Below, one piece after another: positions 22,991 through 35,099 of a DNA stretch of 64,000 nucleotides. Origin of the DNA: Minutocellus sp. GHC0000111 (Eukaryota); NCBI GenBank assembly GCA_977018835.1, contig OZ361258.1, forward strand, positions 992,001 through 1,056,000, read 5' to 3'. The position numbers and the translations under genes were made by a program. Under the pieces are notes generated by a model. It did not search any database and had not been told where the DNA came from. It was given only the letters and a program-made list of their open reading frames with translations. Each line of letters begins with the position of its first letter. Position 1 is the first letter of the stretch.

Positions 22991-24133
22991 TTATGTCACG
23001 GTGGGCTTCTTTGTTCTTCTATTTCTACCGGTGTTCTTTTTTGCCTCCTTGGCCTTCTTATGATCATTAGAAAGCCACACAGCGTGGAGGGACTGACGAA
23101 TCTTTCCGCGCTTCACACCATATGCATCGGCAAGTTTGTTGTCAGTGAGGGCAGGGTGAGCAGTTGGTTGTTTACTCCCATCCTCATATCCCAACTTATA
23201 TGCATCTAATGCAATCTTGTCAGTAGATAATGCAATAGAGAATTCTATTGTCTTGTTATCATACAATCCGAGTTCTCTGCTTCTCCACCCTTTCGGGTAG
23301 GCACCACGACCCTCTCTTACTTGGCGATCGACTTCGATCATGCCTAGCACTGTGGTGACCGCGACCTCGCTACCCCAACCAGGAACTTGTTTGAAGGGGA
23401 GGTAGACCCCTTTCTCTTTTCTTCTTGGTTCGGGCCTCTGACTACATGTGGGTGACTTGTAGTTCTTTATATCTTGTGGTAGTGGTGCTTCTCCGTACGT
23501 CAAAAAGCACACAAGCCTCCGATGTTCCTCAACCTCTCGTTCAATCTGTCGTTCGGTTGGTTCGGTTGGAGGCAAGGGCTCCAAGATGGTAGGGGATGAC
23601 AATTGAAGGTTGCTGAACGACGGGCATGAGCGGCTTGGGGTAAGAGCATACTGAGTATGAACTGACATTGGACTTGTTACCATGGGCGTGGCGGAGGGAA
23701 GGTCGAATGAGCTCACGGGCTTTCTCCTCTCGCCGCTTGGCTTTGCGTCGGCGGTTGCTATGCTCATCTCTGAGAATGAATCATCTTCATCAGAATGAGA
23801 TGAAACGGTAGCGGTACCGCGAAAGTCGGCACGCAATATGTCATGATGCAAGTACTTCCTTGCTTGGGCTTGTTCGGCGGCGAAGCCATCCTCTTCGTTG
23901 TACTCGCGTCGATATTTCAACACACGAGGAGATGTGAGGTCTGACGATGCCGGTGGGACCCCTTGGTTGTCCTCCTCGTCATCGTTGTCCTTGTTCTCTC
24001 GATGCCGCGGATGTTCCGGCGTTTCGTTGGAAGTTTCCTTCTCATGGCGCGAGGGGCTGAATGCAGTCGCCTCGGCGCGTTTCGGTGGACGCGGTGGACT
24101 GAAGATGTGTCCCTTTGGAGTATCCATGAGCAT
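22991..24133 (-). CDS. Transposon ORF2 (unit 2)
   Basis: Identical to unit 1. Confidence 0.65.
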   Translation of the reverse strand: MLMDTPKGHIFSPPRPPKRAEATAFSPSRHEKETSNETPEHPRHRENKDNDDEEDNQGVPPASSDLTSPRVLKYRREYNEEDGFAAEQAQARKYLHHDILRADFRGTATVSSHSDEDDSFSEMSIATADAKPSGERRKPVSSFDLPSATPMVTSPMSVHTQYALTPSRSCPSFSNLQLSSPTILEPLPPTEPTERQIEREVEEHRRLVCFLTYGEAPLPQDIKNYKSPTCSQRPEPRRKEKGVYLPFKQVPGWGSEVAVTTVLGMIEVDRQVREGRGAYPKGWRSRELGLYDNKTIEFSIALSTDKIALDAYKLGYEDGSKQPTAHPALTDNKLADAYGVKRGKIRQSLHAVWLSNDHKKAKEAKKNTGRNRRTKKPTVT

Positions 24134-24899
24134 GGAAGCTTCTTGAAGCGCCAGTCGGCAGAAGTTGCCCAGTCTATTTGTGGTAATTGCTTGGTGGTCG
24201 GTTGTTGACGGATGTGTTTTGATTTGCTTGCTTTGCCGCGTGTTTTTCAAGGTGCGCGCAAACCGCCGTGTCGGAAAGTCCAAAGACCCAAAAAACCGGG
24301 TCCCCGAAATTGCTGTCCCGGACCTCGAGGTCGCGGACAGCAGTTTCAGGGACCCGGTTTTCGGGTCTTTGGGCAAAATCTCATAAAAATCAGCACAAAC
24401 GCACGCAGCAAGCAGCATTTGTTTGCTATCGTCCTGTCTTCAAGATGGCGGTGACGGCAGTGCCGACGGCATCCGCTTCACGCAAGGGATAAGCGTGGTA
24501 TCTCCAGAACGGGTTGGTCCTTGACCTTGGACCGACTCGGAGACATCGATTTCATCTTCCCATGCCAGCGTCTGGCCGATTCACCCCATCCATCGCCCCT
24601 CCCGACTTCTGCCAGTTTTTCCGATGACAACCGGTCACCTCCTCCACCTCCCGACCCCACCACCACCTCCCAAATGCATTGATTCAAGTAGCCATATGGT
24701 TTGAGCTCCGATATCGGTCTCCATGGTCCCCATGATGGCGCATCTCATGCGGTCCGGGTGACCCCGCGCCAAAATCGAGCGGGCCAAAAAAATCATCACC
24801 CGCCCGGCGCGCCCGCCACTCAATGAAACCTTCCTCATTTCCAACCCACCCGACATACAAACTGTTGCTCTACTGCCACAAAACACTGCATCCAACACC

Positions 24900-26552
24900 A
24901 TGTTAATGCAAATGGCTGTTGCTGCTGCTGCCGCCACCGCAGCTGATGCGCCAGCATGTCGCCGCTCCCGTCGGTCCGGCAGCTCCATCCCATGCTTTGA
25001 TTGTTTTGTCCATCGGAGCGGCACCATCGATGCCTCTACGATTCGTGGCAAGTCTCCTGGGATGATCCAGACCATAGCGAACCGGGCATGGGCGGGCCTC
25101 TCACTTCAGAAACAGCAGGATATTGTGGAGCAAGCCCGAGAGGAGGAGCTGTGCTGTCCGAGCCAGACCGGTCCTGATCCGGCACAAGATGTGCCGATTT
25201 CTCAAATTCAAATTGCTCGGCGCAATTCGTCATCCAATAACGCCGATGCCAGCCCTGAGCCGACGGTCGAGGACAATGCTGGCATCGCTGCTCGTCCTGG
25301 TGATGACAATGTCGAAGCTGGGGGCATCGCCGAGTCCATGGTGGTGGATGGAAGCGGCAACAGTGAAGAATCTGGCAATCCTGCCAGTGTCGGTGTTTCT
25401 GCTACCGGCACCGCCAATTCTGGTGGATCGACCGAGGAGAATTTGGATGTGCTGCTGGTTGAGGCCGAAGCGCAACACAAAGCTGCAGAGGAGGCTTTGA
25501 AAGGGCTAAGGGACTCCTTGAAACGAGAAAAGCGGAAGGATGAAAAGGCCATGGCCGATGCCGAGAAGAAAAGGAACAAAATGAAGGATGAGAACGGCAA
25601 TTTACCGAATGGAAAGAAGCGAGTTCTCCTCGTGCATTACGATGAGAAATGGTTCTGGGGTCTCGTCCTCCGAGCTTTTGCGAAGGCTTGCGAGGAAATC
25701 GGCGTGAAAAAGCGAGATTACGCGGCCTTTCACAGGAGCCACATCAACAAGGTCATGGCCATTGCATTTGTTGCCGCTGTCTTTGACGGTTCTCTTGAGA
25801 GTGGGTGCGAGGTTGTAAAACTGCCACTGGTACGAGCTCAAGCTCCTAAAATAGCGGAGCGAGCTCAGCACGAAGCAGCATCACAGCCTGATGGTTCAAC
25901 ACGGCACCCAAATACCAACCCCGATGGGACACCAAAGGAACCTCTTCGCCGGAAAGGAGAGTCGTTTCTTGTTGATTGTTGCGTTACTGGATCGAACGAA
26001 GGCACCAAAACGGATCCGAAATGCTCTTTGCTCCTCGTATTCAAGGAGACCATTTTCCCAGCGATTCTCAACCTTGTCGGTCCGGGCAAGCAATACGAAG
26101 ATTGCCATGTTATTATCCAGGGCGACCAGGCCGGGCCTCACGAGGACGGAGCCTTCACGCAATTTGTTACTAACTTCTGTGCTGAGCAAGGCTGGACGTG
26201 GCAGCCACAGGCACCGCAGATGCCTCACGCCAACGTCCTTGACTTGAGCGTGTTCCCCGCGATGAGCCGGCGGCACTCGGAATGGGCACGAAAAATGGTA
26301 GGCACCTCCGTCATTTCCACCGACCAGATCTGGGACACTGCCGAGGACGTTTACGATAGCATGCCTAACTGCAAAATTGCTTCGGCCTTCATTCAGTGCT
26401 GGAGGATAATGGGCCTGGTGATTAAGGCCGGTGGTAGCAATGAGTTTGTTGGAAGGTTGGGTGACGAAAACTTGCACACTGGAATTAGGATCGACTTCAA
26501 CGAAACGGCCAAGGGGATGGAGCCCTCAGCTCGTCATCCTTCTAATAAATAG
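24900..26552 (+). CDS. DD38D transposase (unit 3)
   Basis: Protein identical to unit 1. Confidence 0.9.
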   Translation: MLMQMAVAAAAATAADAPACRRSRRSGSSIPCFDCFVHRSGTIDASTIRGKSPGMIQTIANRAWAGLSLQKQQDIVEQAREEELCCPSQTGPDPAQDVPISQIQIARRNSSSNNADASPEPTVEDNAGIAARPGDDNVEAGGIAESMVVDGSGNSEESGNPASVGVSATGTANSGGSTEENLDVLLVEAEAQHKAAEEALKGLRDSLKREKRKDEKAMADAEKKRNKMKDENGNLPNGKKRVLLVHYDEKWFWGLVLRAFAKACEEIGVKKRDYAAFHRSHINKVMAIAFVAAVFDGSLESGCEVVKLPLVRAQAPKIAERAQHEAASQPDGSTRHPNTNPDGTPKEPLRRKGESFLVDCCVTGSNEGTKTDPKCSLLLVFKETIFPAILNLVGPGKQYEDCHVIIQGDQAGPHEDGAFTQFVTNFCAEQGWTWQPQAPQMPHANVLDLSVFPAMSRRHSEWARKMVGTSVISTDQIWDTAEDVYDSMPNCKIASAFIQCWRIMGLVIKAGGSNEFVGRLGDENLHTGIRIDFNETAKGMEPSARHPSNK

Positions 26553-26647
26553 ATAGTGTTAATGTCTTTACACATGTATTAAATAAATGTTACACGTCTA
26601 CAAATTATTTATAGATCTACATGTAAGATGCAGCAGCATTGGTTTGT

Positions 26648-27790
26648 TTATGTCACGGTGGGCTTCTTTGTTCTTCTATTTCTACCGGTGTTCTTTTTTG
26701 CCTCCTTGGCCTTCTTATGATCATTAGAAAGCCACACAGCGTGGAGGGACTGACGAATCTTTCCGCGCTTCACACCATATGCATCGGCAAGTTTGTTGTC
26801 AGTGAGGGCAGGGTGAGCAGTTGGTTGTTTACTCCCATCCTCATATCCCAACTTATATGCATCTAATGCAATCTTGTCAGTAGATAATGCAATAGAGAAT
26901 TCTATTGTCTTGTTATCATACAATCCGAGTTCTCTGCTTCTCCACCCTTTCGGGTAGGCACCACGACCCTCTCTTACTTGGCGATCGACTTCGATCATGC
27001 CTAGCACTGTGGTGACCGCGACCTCGCTACCCCAACCAGGAACTTGTTTGAAGGGGAGGTAGACCCCTTTCTCTTTTCTTCTTGGTTCGGGCCTCTGACT
27101 ACATGTGGGTGACTTGTAGTTCTTTATATCTTGTGGTAGTGGTGCTTCTCCGTACGTCAAAAAGCACACAAGCCTCCGATGTTCCTCAACCTCTCGTTCA
27201 ATCTGTCGTTCGGTTGGTTCGGTTGGAGGCAAGGGCTCCAAGATGGTAGGGGATGACAATTGAAGGTTGCTGAACGACGGGCATGAGCGGCTTGGGGTAA
27301 GAGCATACTGAGTATGAACTGACATTGGACTTGTTACCATGGGCGTGGCGGAGGGAAGGTCGAATGAGCTCACGGGCTTTCTCCTCTCGCCGCTTGGCTT
27401 TGCGTCGGCGGTTGCTATGCTCATCTCTGAGAATGAATCATCTTCATCAGAATGAGATGAAACGGTAGCGGTACCGCGAAAGTCGGCACGCAATATGTCA
27501 TGATGCAAGTACTTCCTTGCTTGGGCTTGTTCGGCGGCGAAGCCATCCTCTTCGTTGTACTCGCGTCGATATTTCAACACACGAGGAGATGTGAGGTCTG
27601 ACGATGCCGGTGGGACCCCTTGGTTGTCCTCCTCGTCATCGTTGTCCTTGTTCTCTCGATGCCGCGGATGTTCCGGCGTTTCGTTGGAAGTTTCCTTCTC
27701 ATGGCGCGAGGGGCTGAATGCAGTCGCCTCGGCGCGTTTCGGTGGACGCGGTGGACTGAAGATGTGTCCCTTTGGAGTATCCATGAGCAT
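26648..27790 (-). CDS. Transposon ORF2 (unit 3)
   Basis: Identical to unit 1. Confidence 0.65.
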   Translation of the reverse strand: MLMDTPKGHIFSPPRPPKRAEATAFSPSRHEKETSNETPEHPRHRENKDNDDEEDNQGVPPASSDLTSPRVLKYRREYNEEDGFAAEQAQARKYLHHDILRADFRGTATVSSHSDEDDSFSEMSIATADAKPSGERRKPVSSFDLPSATPMVTSPMSVHTQYALTPSRSCPSFSNLQLSSPTILEPLPPTEPTERQIEREVEEHRRLVCFLTYGEAPLPQDIKNYKSPTCSQRPEPRRKEKGVYLPFKQVPGWGSEVAVTTVLGMIEVDRQVREGRGAYPKGWRSRELGLYDNKTIEFSIALSTDKIALDAYKLGYEDGSKQPTAHPALTDNKLADAYGVKRGKIRQSLHAVWLSNDHKKAKEAKKNTGRNRRTKKPTVT

Positions 27791-28556
27791 GGAAGCTTCT
27801 TGAAGCGCCAGTCGGCAGAAGTTGCCCAGTCTATTTGTGGTAATTGCTTGGTGGTCGGTTGTTGACGGATGTGTTTTGATTTGCTTGCTTTGCCGCGTGT
27901 TTTTCAAGGTGCGCGCAAACCGCCGTGTCGGAAAGTCCAAAGACCCAAAAAACCGGGTCCCCGAAATTGCTGTCCCGGACCTCGAGGTCGCGGACAGCAG
28001 TTTCAGGGACCCGGTTTTCGGGTCTTTGGGCAAAATCTCATAAAAATCAGCACAAACGCACGCAGCAAGCAGCATTTGTTTGCTATCGTCCTGTCTTCAA
28101 GATGGCGGTGACGGCAGTGCCGACGGCATCCGCTTCACGCAAGGGATAAGCGTGGTATCTCCAGAACGGGTTGGTCCTTGACCTTGGACCGACTCGGAGA
28201 CATCGATTTCATCTTCCCATGCCAGCGTCTGGCCGATTCACCCCATCCATCGCCCCTCCCGACTTCTGCCAGTTTTTCCGATGACAACCGGTCACCTCCT
28301 CCACCTCCCGACCCCACCACCACCTCCCAAATGCATTGATTCAAGTAGCCATATGGTTTGAGCTCCGATATCGGTCTCCATGGTCCCCATGATGGCGCAT
28401 CTCATGCGGTCCGGGTGACCCCGCGCCAAAATCGAGCGGGCCAAAAAAATCATCACCCGCCCGGCGCGCCCGCCACTCAATGAAACCTTCCTCATTTCCA
28501 ACCCACCCGACATACAAACTGTTGCTCTACTGCCACAAAACACTGCATCCAACACC

Positions 28557-30204
28557 ATGTTAATGCAAATGGCTGTTGCTGCTGCTGCCGCCACCGCAGC
28601 TGATGCGCCAGCATGTCGCCGCTCCCGTCGGTCCGGCAGCTCCATCCCATGCTTTGATTGTTTTGTCCATCGGAGCGGCACCATCGATGCCTCTACGATT
28701 CGTGGCAAGTCTCCTGGGATGATCCAGACCATAGCGAACCGGGCATGGGCGGGCCTCTCACTTCAGAAACAGCAGGATATTGTGGAGCAAGCCCGAGAGG
28801 AGGAGCTGTGCTGTCCGAGCCAGACCGGTCCTGATCCGGCACAAGATGTGCCGATTTCTCAAATTCAAATTGCTCGGCGCAATTCGTCATCCAATAACGC
28901 CGATGCCAGCCCTGAGCCGACGGTCGAGGACAATGCTGGCATCGCTGCTCGTCCTGGTGATGACAATGTCGAAGCTGGGGGCATCGCCGAGTCCATGGTG
29001 GTGGATGGAAGCGGCAACAGTGAAGAATCTGGCAATCCTGCCAGTGTCGGTGTTTCTGCTACCGGCACCGCCAATTCTGGTGGATCGACCGAGGAGAATT
29101 TGGATGTGCTGCTGGTTGAGGCCGAAGCGCAACACAAAGCTGCAGAGGAGGCTTTGAAAGGGCTAAGGGACTCCATGAAACGAGAAAAGCGGAAGGATGA
29201 AAAGGCCATGGCCGATGCCGAAAAGGAACAAAATGAAGGATGAGAACGGCAATTTACCGAATGGAAAGAAGCGAGTTCTCCTCGTGCATTACGATGAGAA
29301 ATGGTTCTGGGGTCTCGTCCTCCGAGCTTTTGCGAAGGCTTGCGAGGAAATCGGCGTGAAAAAGCGAGATTACGCGGCCTTTCACAGGAGCCACATCAAC
29401 AAGGTCATGGCCATTGCATTTGTTGCCGCTGTCTTTGACGGTTCTCTTGAGAGTGGGTGCGAGGTTGTAAAACTGCCACTGGTACGAGCTCAAGCTCCTA
29501 AAATGGCGGAGCGAGCTCAGCACGAAGCAGCATCACAGCCTGATGGTTCAACACGGCACCCAAATACCAACCCCGATGGGACACCAAAGGAACCTCTTCG
29601 CCGGAAAGGAGAGTCGTTTCTTGTTGATTGTTGCGTTACTGGATCGAACGAAGGCACCAAAACGGATCCGAAATGCTCTTTGCTCCTCGTATTCAAGGAG
29701 ACCATTTTCCCAGCGATTCTCAACCTTGTCGGTCCGGGCAAGCAATACGAAGATTGCCATGTTATTATCCAGGGCGACCAGGCCGGGCCTCACGAGGACG
29801 GAGCCTTCACGCAATTTGTTACTAACTTCTGTGCTGAGCAAGGCTGGACGTGGCAGCCACAGGCACCGCAGATGCCTCACGCCAATGTCCTTGACTTGAG
29901 CGTGTTCCCCGCGATGAGCCGGCGGCACTCGGAATGGGCACGAAAAATGGTAGGCACCTCCGTCATTTCCACCGACCAGATCTGGGACACTGCCGAGGAC
30001 GTTTACGATAGCATGCCTAACTGCAAAATTGCTTCGGCCTTCATTCAGTGCTGGAGGATAATGGGCCTGGTGATTAAGGCCGGTGGTAGCAATGAGTTTG
30101 TTGGAAGGTTGGGTGACGAAAACTTGCACACTGGAATTAGGATCGACTTCAACGAAACGGCCAAGGGGATGGAGCCCTCAGCTCGTCATCCTTCTAATAA
30201 ATAG
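28557..30204 (+). pseudogene. Frameshifted transposase (unit 4)
   Basis: GCCGAAAAGG versus GCCGAGAAGAAAAGG in other units; ORF split into 228 aa and 335 aa pieces. Confidence 0.85.
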
Positions 30205-30299
30205 ATAGTGTTAATGTCTTTACACATGTATTAAATAAATGTTACACGTCTACAAATTATTTATAGATCTACATGTAAGATGCAGCAGCATTGGTTTGT

Positions 30300-31442
30300 T
30301 TATGTCACGGTGGGCTTCTTTGTTCTTCTATTTCTACCGGTGTTCTTTTTTGCCTCCTTGGCCTTCTTATGATCATTAGAAAGCCACACAGCGTGGAGGG
30401 ACTGACGAATCTTTCCGCGCTTCACACCATGTGCATCGGCAAGTTTGTTGTCAGTGAGGGCAGGGTGAGCAGTTGGTTGTTTACTCCCATCCTCATATCC
30501 CAACTTACATGCATCTAATGCAATCTTGTCAGTAGATAATGCAATAGAGAATTCTATTGTCTTGTTATCATACAATCCGAGTTCTCTGCTTCTCCACCCT
30601 TTCGGGTAGGCACCACGACCCTCTCTTACTTGGCGATCGACTTCGATCATGCCTAGCACTGTGGTGACCGCGACCTCGCTACCCCAACCAGGAACTTGTT
30701 TGAAGGGGAGGTAGACCCCTTTCTCTTTTCTTCTTGGTTCGGGCCTCTGACTACATGTGGGTGACTTGTAGTTCTTTATGTCTTGTGGTAGTGGTGCTTC
30801 TCCGTACGTCAAAAAGCACACAAGCCTCCGATGTTCCTCAACCTCTCGTTCAATCTGTCGTTCGGTTGGTTCGGTTGGAGGCAAGGGCTCCAAGATGGTA
30901 GGGGATGACAATTGAAGGTTGCTGAACGACGGGCATGAGCGGCTTGGGGTAAGAGCATACTGAGTATGAACTGACATTGGACTTGTTACCATGGGCGTGG
31001 CGGAGGGAAGGTCGAATGAGCTCACGGGCTTTCTCCTCTCGCCGCTTGGCTTTGCGTCGGCGGTTGCTATGCTCATCTCTGAGAATGAATCATCTTCATC
31101 AGAATGAGATGAAACGGTAGCGGTACCGCGAAAGTCGGCACGCAATATGTCATGATGCAAGTACTTCCTTGCTTGGGCTTGTTCGGCGGCGAAGCCATCC
31201 TCTTCGTTGTACTCGCGTCGATATTTCAACACACGAGGAGATGTGAGGTCTGACGATGCCGGTGGGACCCCTTGGTTGTCCTCCTCGTCATCGTTGTCCT
31301 TGTTCTCTCGATGCCGCGGATGTTCCGGCGTTTCGTTGGAAGTTTCCTTCTCATGGCGCGAGGGGCTGAATGCAGTCGCCTCGGCGCGTTTCGGTGGACG
31401 CGGTGGACTGAAGATGTGCCCCTTTGGAGTATCCATGAGCAT
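30300..31442 (-). CDS. Transposon ORF2 (unit 4; Y->C, Y->H variants)
   Basis: LDACKLG and ADAHGV versus LDAYKLG and ADAYGV. Confidence 0.65.
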   Translation of the reverse strand: MLMDTPKGHIFSPPRPPKRAEATAFSPSRHEKETSNETPEHPRHRENKDNDDEEDNQGVPPASSDLTSPRVLKYRREYNEEDGFAAEQAQARKYLHHDILRADFRGTATVSSHSDEDDSFSEMSIATADAKPSGERRKPVSSFDLPSATPMVTSPMSVHTQYALTPSRSCPSFSNLQLSSPTILEPLPPTEPTERQIEREVEEHRRLVCFLTYGEAPLPQDIKNYKSPTCSQRPEPRRKEKGVYLPFKQVPGWGSEVAVTTVLGMIEVDRQVREGRGAYPKGWRSRELGLYDNKTIEFSIALSTDKIALDACKLGYEDGSKQPTAHPALTDNKLADAHGVKRGKIRQSLHAVWLSNDHKKAKEAKKNTGRNRRTKKPTVT

Positions 31443-32208
31443 GGAAGCTTCTTGAAGCGCCAGTCGGCAGAAGTTGCCCAGTCTATTTGTGGTAATTGCT
31501 TGGAGGTCGGTTGTTGACGGATGTGTTTTGATTTGCTTGCTTTGCCGCGTGTTTTTCAAGGTGCGCGCAAACCGCCGTGTCGGAAAGTCCAAAGACCCAA
31601 AAAACCGGGTCCCCGAAATTGCTGTCCCGGACCTCGAGGTCGCGGACAGCAGTTTCAGGGACCCGGTTTTCGGGTCTTTGGGCAAAATCTCATAAAAATC
31701 AGCACAAACGCACGCAGCAAGCAGCATTTGTTTGCTATCGTCCTGTCTTCAAGATGGCGGTGACGGCAGTGCCGACGGCATCCGCTTCACGCAAGGGATA
31801 AGCGTGGTATCTCCAGAACGGGTTGGTCCTTGACCTTGGACCGACTCGGAGACATCGATTTCATCTTCCCATGCCAGCGTCTGGCCGATTCACCCCATCC
31901 ATCGCCCCTCCCGACTTCTGCCAGTTTTTCCGATGACAACCGGTCACCTCCTCCACCTCCCGACCCCACCACCACCTCCCAAATGCATTGATTCAAGTAG
32001 CCATATGGTTTGAGCTCCGATATCGGTCTCCATGGTCCCCATGATGGCGCATCTCATGCGGTCCGGGTGACCCCGCGCCAAAATCGAGCGGGCCAAAAAA
32101 ATCATCACCCGCCCGGCGCGCCCGCCACTCAATGAAACCTTCCTCATTTCCAACCCACCCGACATACAAACTGTTGCTCTACTGCCACAAAACACTGCAT
32201 CCAACACC

Positions 32209-33861
32209 ATGTTAATGCAAATGGCTGTTGCTGCTGCTGCCGCCACCGCAGCTGATGCGCCAGCATGTCGCCGCTCCCGTCGGTCCGGCAGCTCCATCCC
32301 ATGCTTTGATTGTTTTGTCCATCGGAGCGGCACCATCGATGCCTCTACGATTCGTGGCAAGTCTCCTGGGATGATCCAGACCATAGCGAACCGGGCATGG
32401 GCGGGCCTCTCACTTCAGAAACAGCAGGATATTGTGGAGCAAGCCCGAGAGGAGGAGCTGTGCTGTCCGAGCCAGACCGGTCCTGATCCGGCACAAGATG
32501 TGCCGATTTCTCAAATTCAAATTGCTCGGCGCAATTCGTCATCCAATAACGCCGATGCCAGCCCTGAGCCGACGGTCGAGGACAATGCTGGCATCGCTGC
32601 TCGTCCTGGTGATGACAATGTTGAAGCTGGGGGCATCGCCGAGTCCATGGTGGTGGATGGAAGCGGCAACAGTGAAGAATCTGGCAATCCTGCCAGTGTC
32701 GGTGTTTCTGCTACCGGCACCGCCAATTCTGGTGGATCGACCGAGGAGAATTTGGATGTGCTGCTGGTTGAGGCCGAAGCGCAACACAAAGCTGCAGAGG
32801 AGGCTTTGAAAGGGCTAAGGGACTCCTTGAAACGAGAAAAGCGGAAGGATGAAAAGGCCATGGCCGATGCCGAGAAGAAAAGGAACAAAATGAAGGATGA
32901 GAACGGCAATTTACCGAATGGAAAGAAGCGAGTTCTCCTCGTGCATTGCGATGAGAAATGGTTCTGGGGTCTCGTCCTCCGAGCTTTTGCGAAGGCTTGC
33001 GAGGAAATCGGCGTGAAAAAGCGAGATTACGCGGCCTTTCACAGGAGCCACATCAACAAGGTCATGGCCATTGCATTTGTTGCCGCTGTCTTTGACGGTT
33101 CTCTTGAGAGTGGGTGCGAGGTTGTAAAACTGCCACTGGTACGAGCTCAAGCTCCTAAAATAGCGGAGCGAGCTCAGCACGAAGCAGCATCACAGCCTGA
33201 TGGTTCAACACGGCACCCAAATACCAACCCCGATGGGACACCAAAGGAACCTCTTCGCCGGAAAGGAGAGTCGTTTCTTGTTGATTGTTGCGTTACTGGA
33301 TCGAACGAAGGCACCAAAACGGATCCGAAATGCTCTTTGCTCCTCGTATTCAAGGAGACCATTTTCCCAGCGATTCTCAACCTTGTCGGTCCGGGCAAGC
33401 AATACGAAGATTGCCATGTTATTATCCAGGGCGACCAGGCCGGGCCTCACGAGGACGGAGCCTTCACGCAATTTGTTACTAACTTCTGTGCTGAGCAAGG
33501 CTGGACGTGGCAGCCACAGGCACCGCAGATGCCTCACGCCAACGTCCTTGACTTGAGCGTGTTCCCCGCGATGAGCCGGCGGCACTCGGAATGGGCACGA
33601 AAAATGGTAGGCACCTCCGTCATTTCCACCGACCAGATCTGGGACACTGCCGAGGACGTTTACGATAGCATGCCTAACTGCAAAATTGCTTCGGCCTTCA
33701 TTCAGTGCTGGAGGATAATGGGCCTGGTGATTAAGGCCGGTGGTAGCAATGAGTTTGTTGGAAGGTTGGGTGACGAAAACTTGCACACTGGAATTAGGAT
33801 CGACTTCAACGAAACGGCCAAGGGGATGGAGCCCTCAGCTCGTCATCCTTCTAATAAATAG
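32209..33861 (+). CDS. DD38D transposase (unit 5; HCDEKWF)
   Basis: TAC->TGC at 32948, next to the first catalytic Asp. Confidence 0.9.
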   Translation: MLMQMAVAAAAATAADAPACRRSRRSGSSIPCFDCFVHRSGTIDASTIRGKSPGMIQTIANRAWAGLSLQKQQDIVEQAREEELCCPSQTGPDPAQDVPISQIQIARRNSSSNNADASPEPTVEDNAGIAARPGDDNVEAGGIAESMVVDGSGNSEESGNPASVGVSATGTANSGGSTEENLDVLLVEAEAQHKAAEEALKGLRDSLKREKRKDEKAMADAEKKRNKMKDENGNLPNGKKRVLLVHCDEKWFWGLVLRAFAKACEEIGVKKRDYAAFHRSHINKVMAIAFVAAVFDGSLESGCEVVKLPLVRAQAPKIAERAQHEAASQPDGSTRHPNTNPDGTPKEPLRRKGESFLVDCCVTGSNEGTKTDPKCSLLLVFKETIFPAILNLVGPGKQYEDCHVIIQGDQAGPHEDGAFTQFVTNFCAEQGWTWQPQAPQMPHANVLDLSVFPAMSRRHSEWARKMVGTSVISTDQIWDTAEDVYDSMPNCKIASAFIQCWRIMGLVIKAGGSNEFVGRLGDENLHTGIRIDFNETAKGMEPSARHPSNK

Positions 33862-33956
33862 ATAGTGTTAATGTCTTTACACATGTATTAAATAAATGTT
33901 ACACGTCTACAAATTATTTATAGATCTACATGTAAGATGCAGCAGCATTGGTTTGT

Positions 33957-35099
33957 TTATGTCACGGTGGGCTTCTTTGTTCTTCTATTTCTACCGGTGT
34001 TCTTTTTTGCCTCCTTGGCCTTCTTATGATCATTAGAAAGCCACACAGCGTGGAGGGACTGACGAATCTTTCCGCGCTTCACACCATGTGCATCGGCAAG
34101 TTTGTTGTCAGTGAGGGCAGGGTGAGCAGTTGGTTGTTTACTCCCATCCTCATATCCCAACTTACATGCATCTAATGCAATCTTGTCAGTAGATAATGCA
34201 ATAGAGAATTCTATTGTCTTGTTATCATACAATCCGAGTTCTCTGCTTCTCCACCCTTTCGGGTAGGCACCACGACCCTCTCTTACTTGGCGATCGACTT
34301 CGATCATGCCTAGCACTGTGGTGACCGCGACCTCGCTACCCCAACCAGGAACTTGTTTGAAGGGGAGGTAGACCCCTTTCTCTTTTCTTCTTGGTTCGGG
34401 CCTCTGACTACATGTGGGTGACTTGTAGTTCTTTATGTCTTGTGGTAGTGGTGCTTCTCCGTACGTCAAAAAGCACACAAGCCTCCGATGTTCCTCAACC
34501 TCTCGTTCAATCTGTCGTTCGGTTGGTTCGGTTGGAGGCAAGGGCTCCAAGATGGTAGGGGATGACAATTGAAGGTTGCTGAACGACGGGCATGAGCGGC
34601 TTGGGGTAAGAGCATACTGAGTATGAACTGACATTGGACTTGTTACCATGGGCGTGGCGGAGGGAAGGTCGAATGAGCTCACGGGCTTTCTCCTCTCGCC
34701 GCTTGGCTTTGCGTCGGCGGTTGCTATGCTCATCTCTGAGAATGAATCATCTTCATCAGAATGAGATGAAACGGTAGCGGTACCGCGAAAGTCGGCACGC
34801 AATATGTCATGATGCAAGTACTTCCTTGCTTGGGCTTGTTCGGCGGCGAAGCCATCCTCTTCGTTGTACTCGCGTCGATATTTCAACACACGAGGAGATG
34901 TGAGGTCTGACGATGCCGGTGGGACCCCTTGGTTGTCCTCCTCGTCATCGTTGTCCTTGTTCTCTCGATGCCGCGGATGTTCCGGCGTTTCGTTGGAAGT
35001 TTCCTTCTCATGGCGCGAGGGGCTGAATGCAGTCGCCTCGGCGCGTTTCGGTGGACGCGGTGGACTGAAGATGTGCCCCTTTGGAGTATCCATGAGCAT
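33957..35099 (-). CDS. Transposon ORF2 (unit 5)
   Basis: As unit 4. Confidence 0.65.
   Translation of the reverse strand: MLMDTPKGHIFSPPRPPKRAEATAFSPSRHEKETSNETPEHPRHRENKDNDDEEDNQGVPPASSDLTSPRVLKYRREYNEEDGFAAEQAQARKYLHHDILRADFRGTATVSSHSDEDDSFSEMSIATADAKPSGERRKPVSSFDLPSATPMVTSPMSVHTQYALTPSRSCPSFSNLQLSSPTILEPLPPTEPTERQIEREVEEHRRLVCFLTYGEAPLPQDIKNYKSPTCSQRPEPRRKEKGVYLPFKQVPGWGSEVAVTTVLGMIEVDRQVREGRGAYPKGWRSRELGLYDNKTIEFSIALSTDKIALDACKLGYEDGSKQPTAHPALTDNKLADAHGVKRGKIRQSLHAVWLSNDHKKAKEAKKNTGRNRRTKKPTVT

Larger units (their letters stand above)
20669..24327 (+). mobile_element. Tc1/mariner transposon, unit 2
   Basis: Same structure as unit 1. Confidence 0.92.
24326..27984 (+). mobile_element. Tc1/mariner transposon, unit 3
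   Basis: Same structure as unit 1. Confidence 0.92.
27983..31636 (+). mobile_element. Tc1/mariner transposon, unit 4 (5-bp deletion)
   Basis: Period 3652; AGAAG missing at ~29221. Confidence 0.92.
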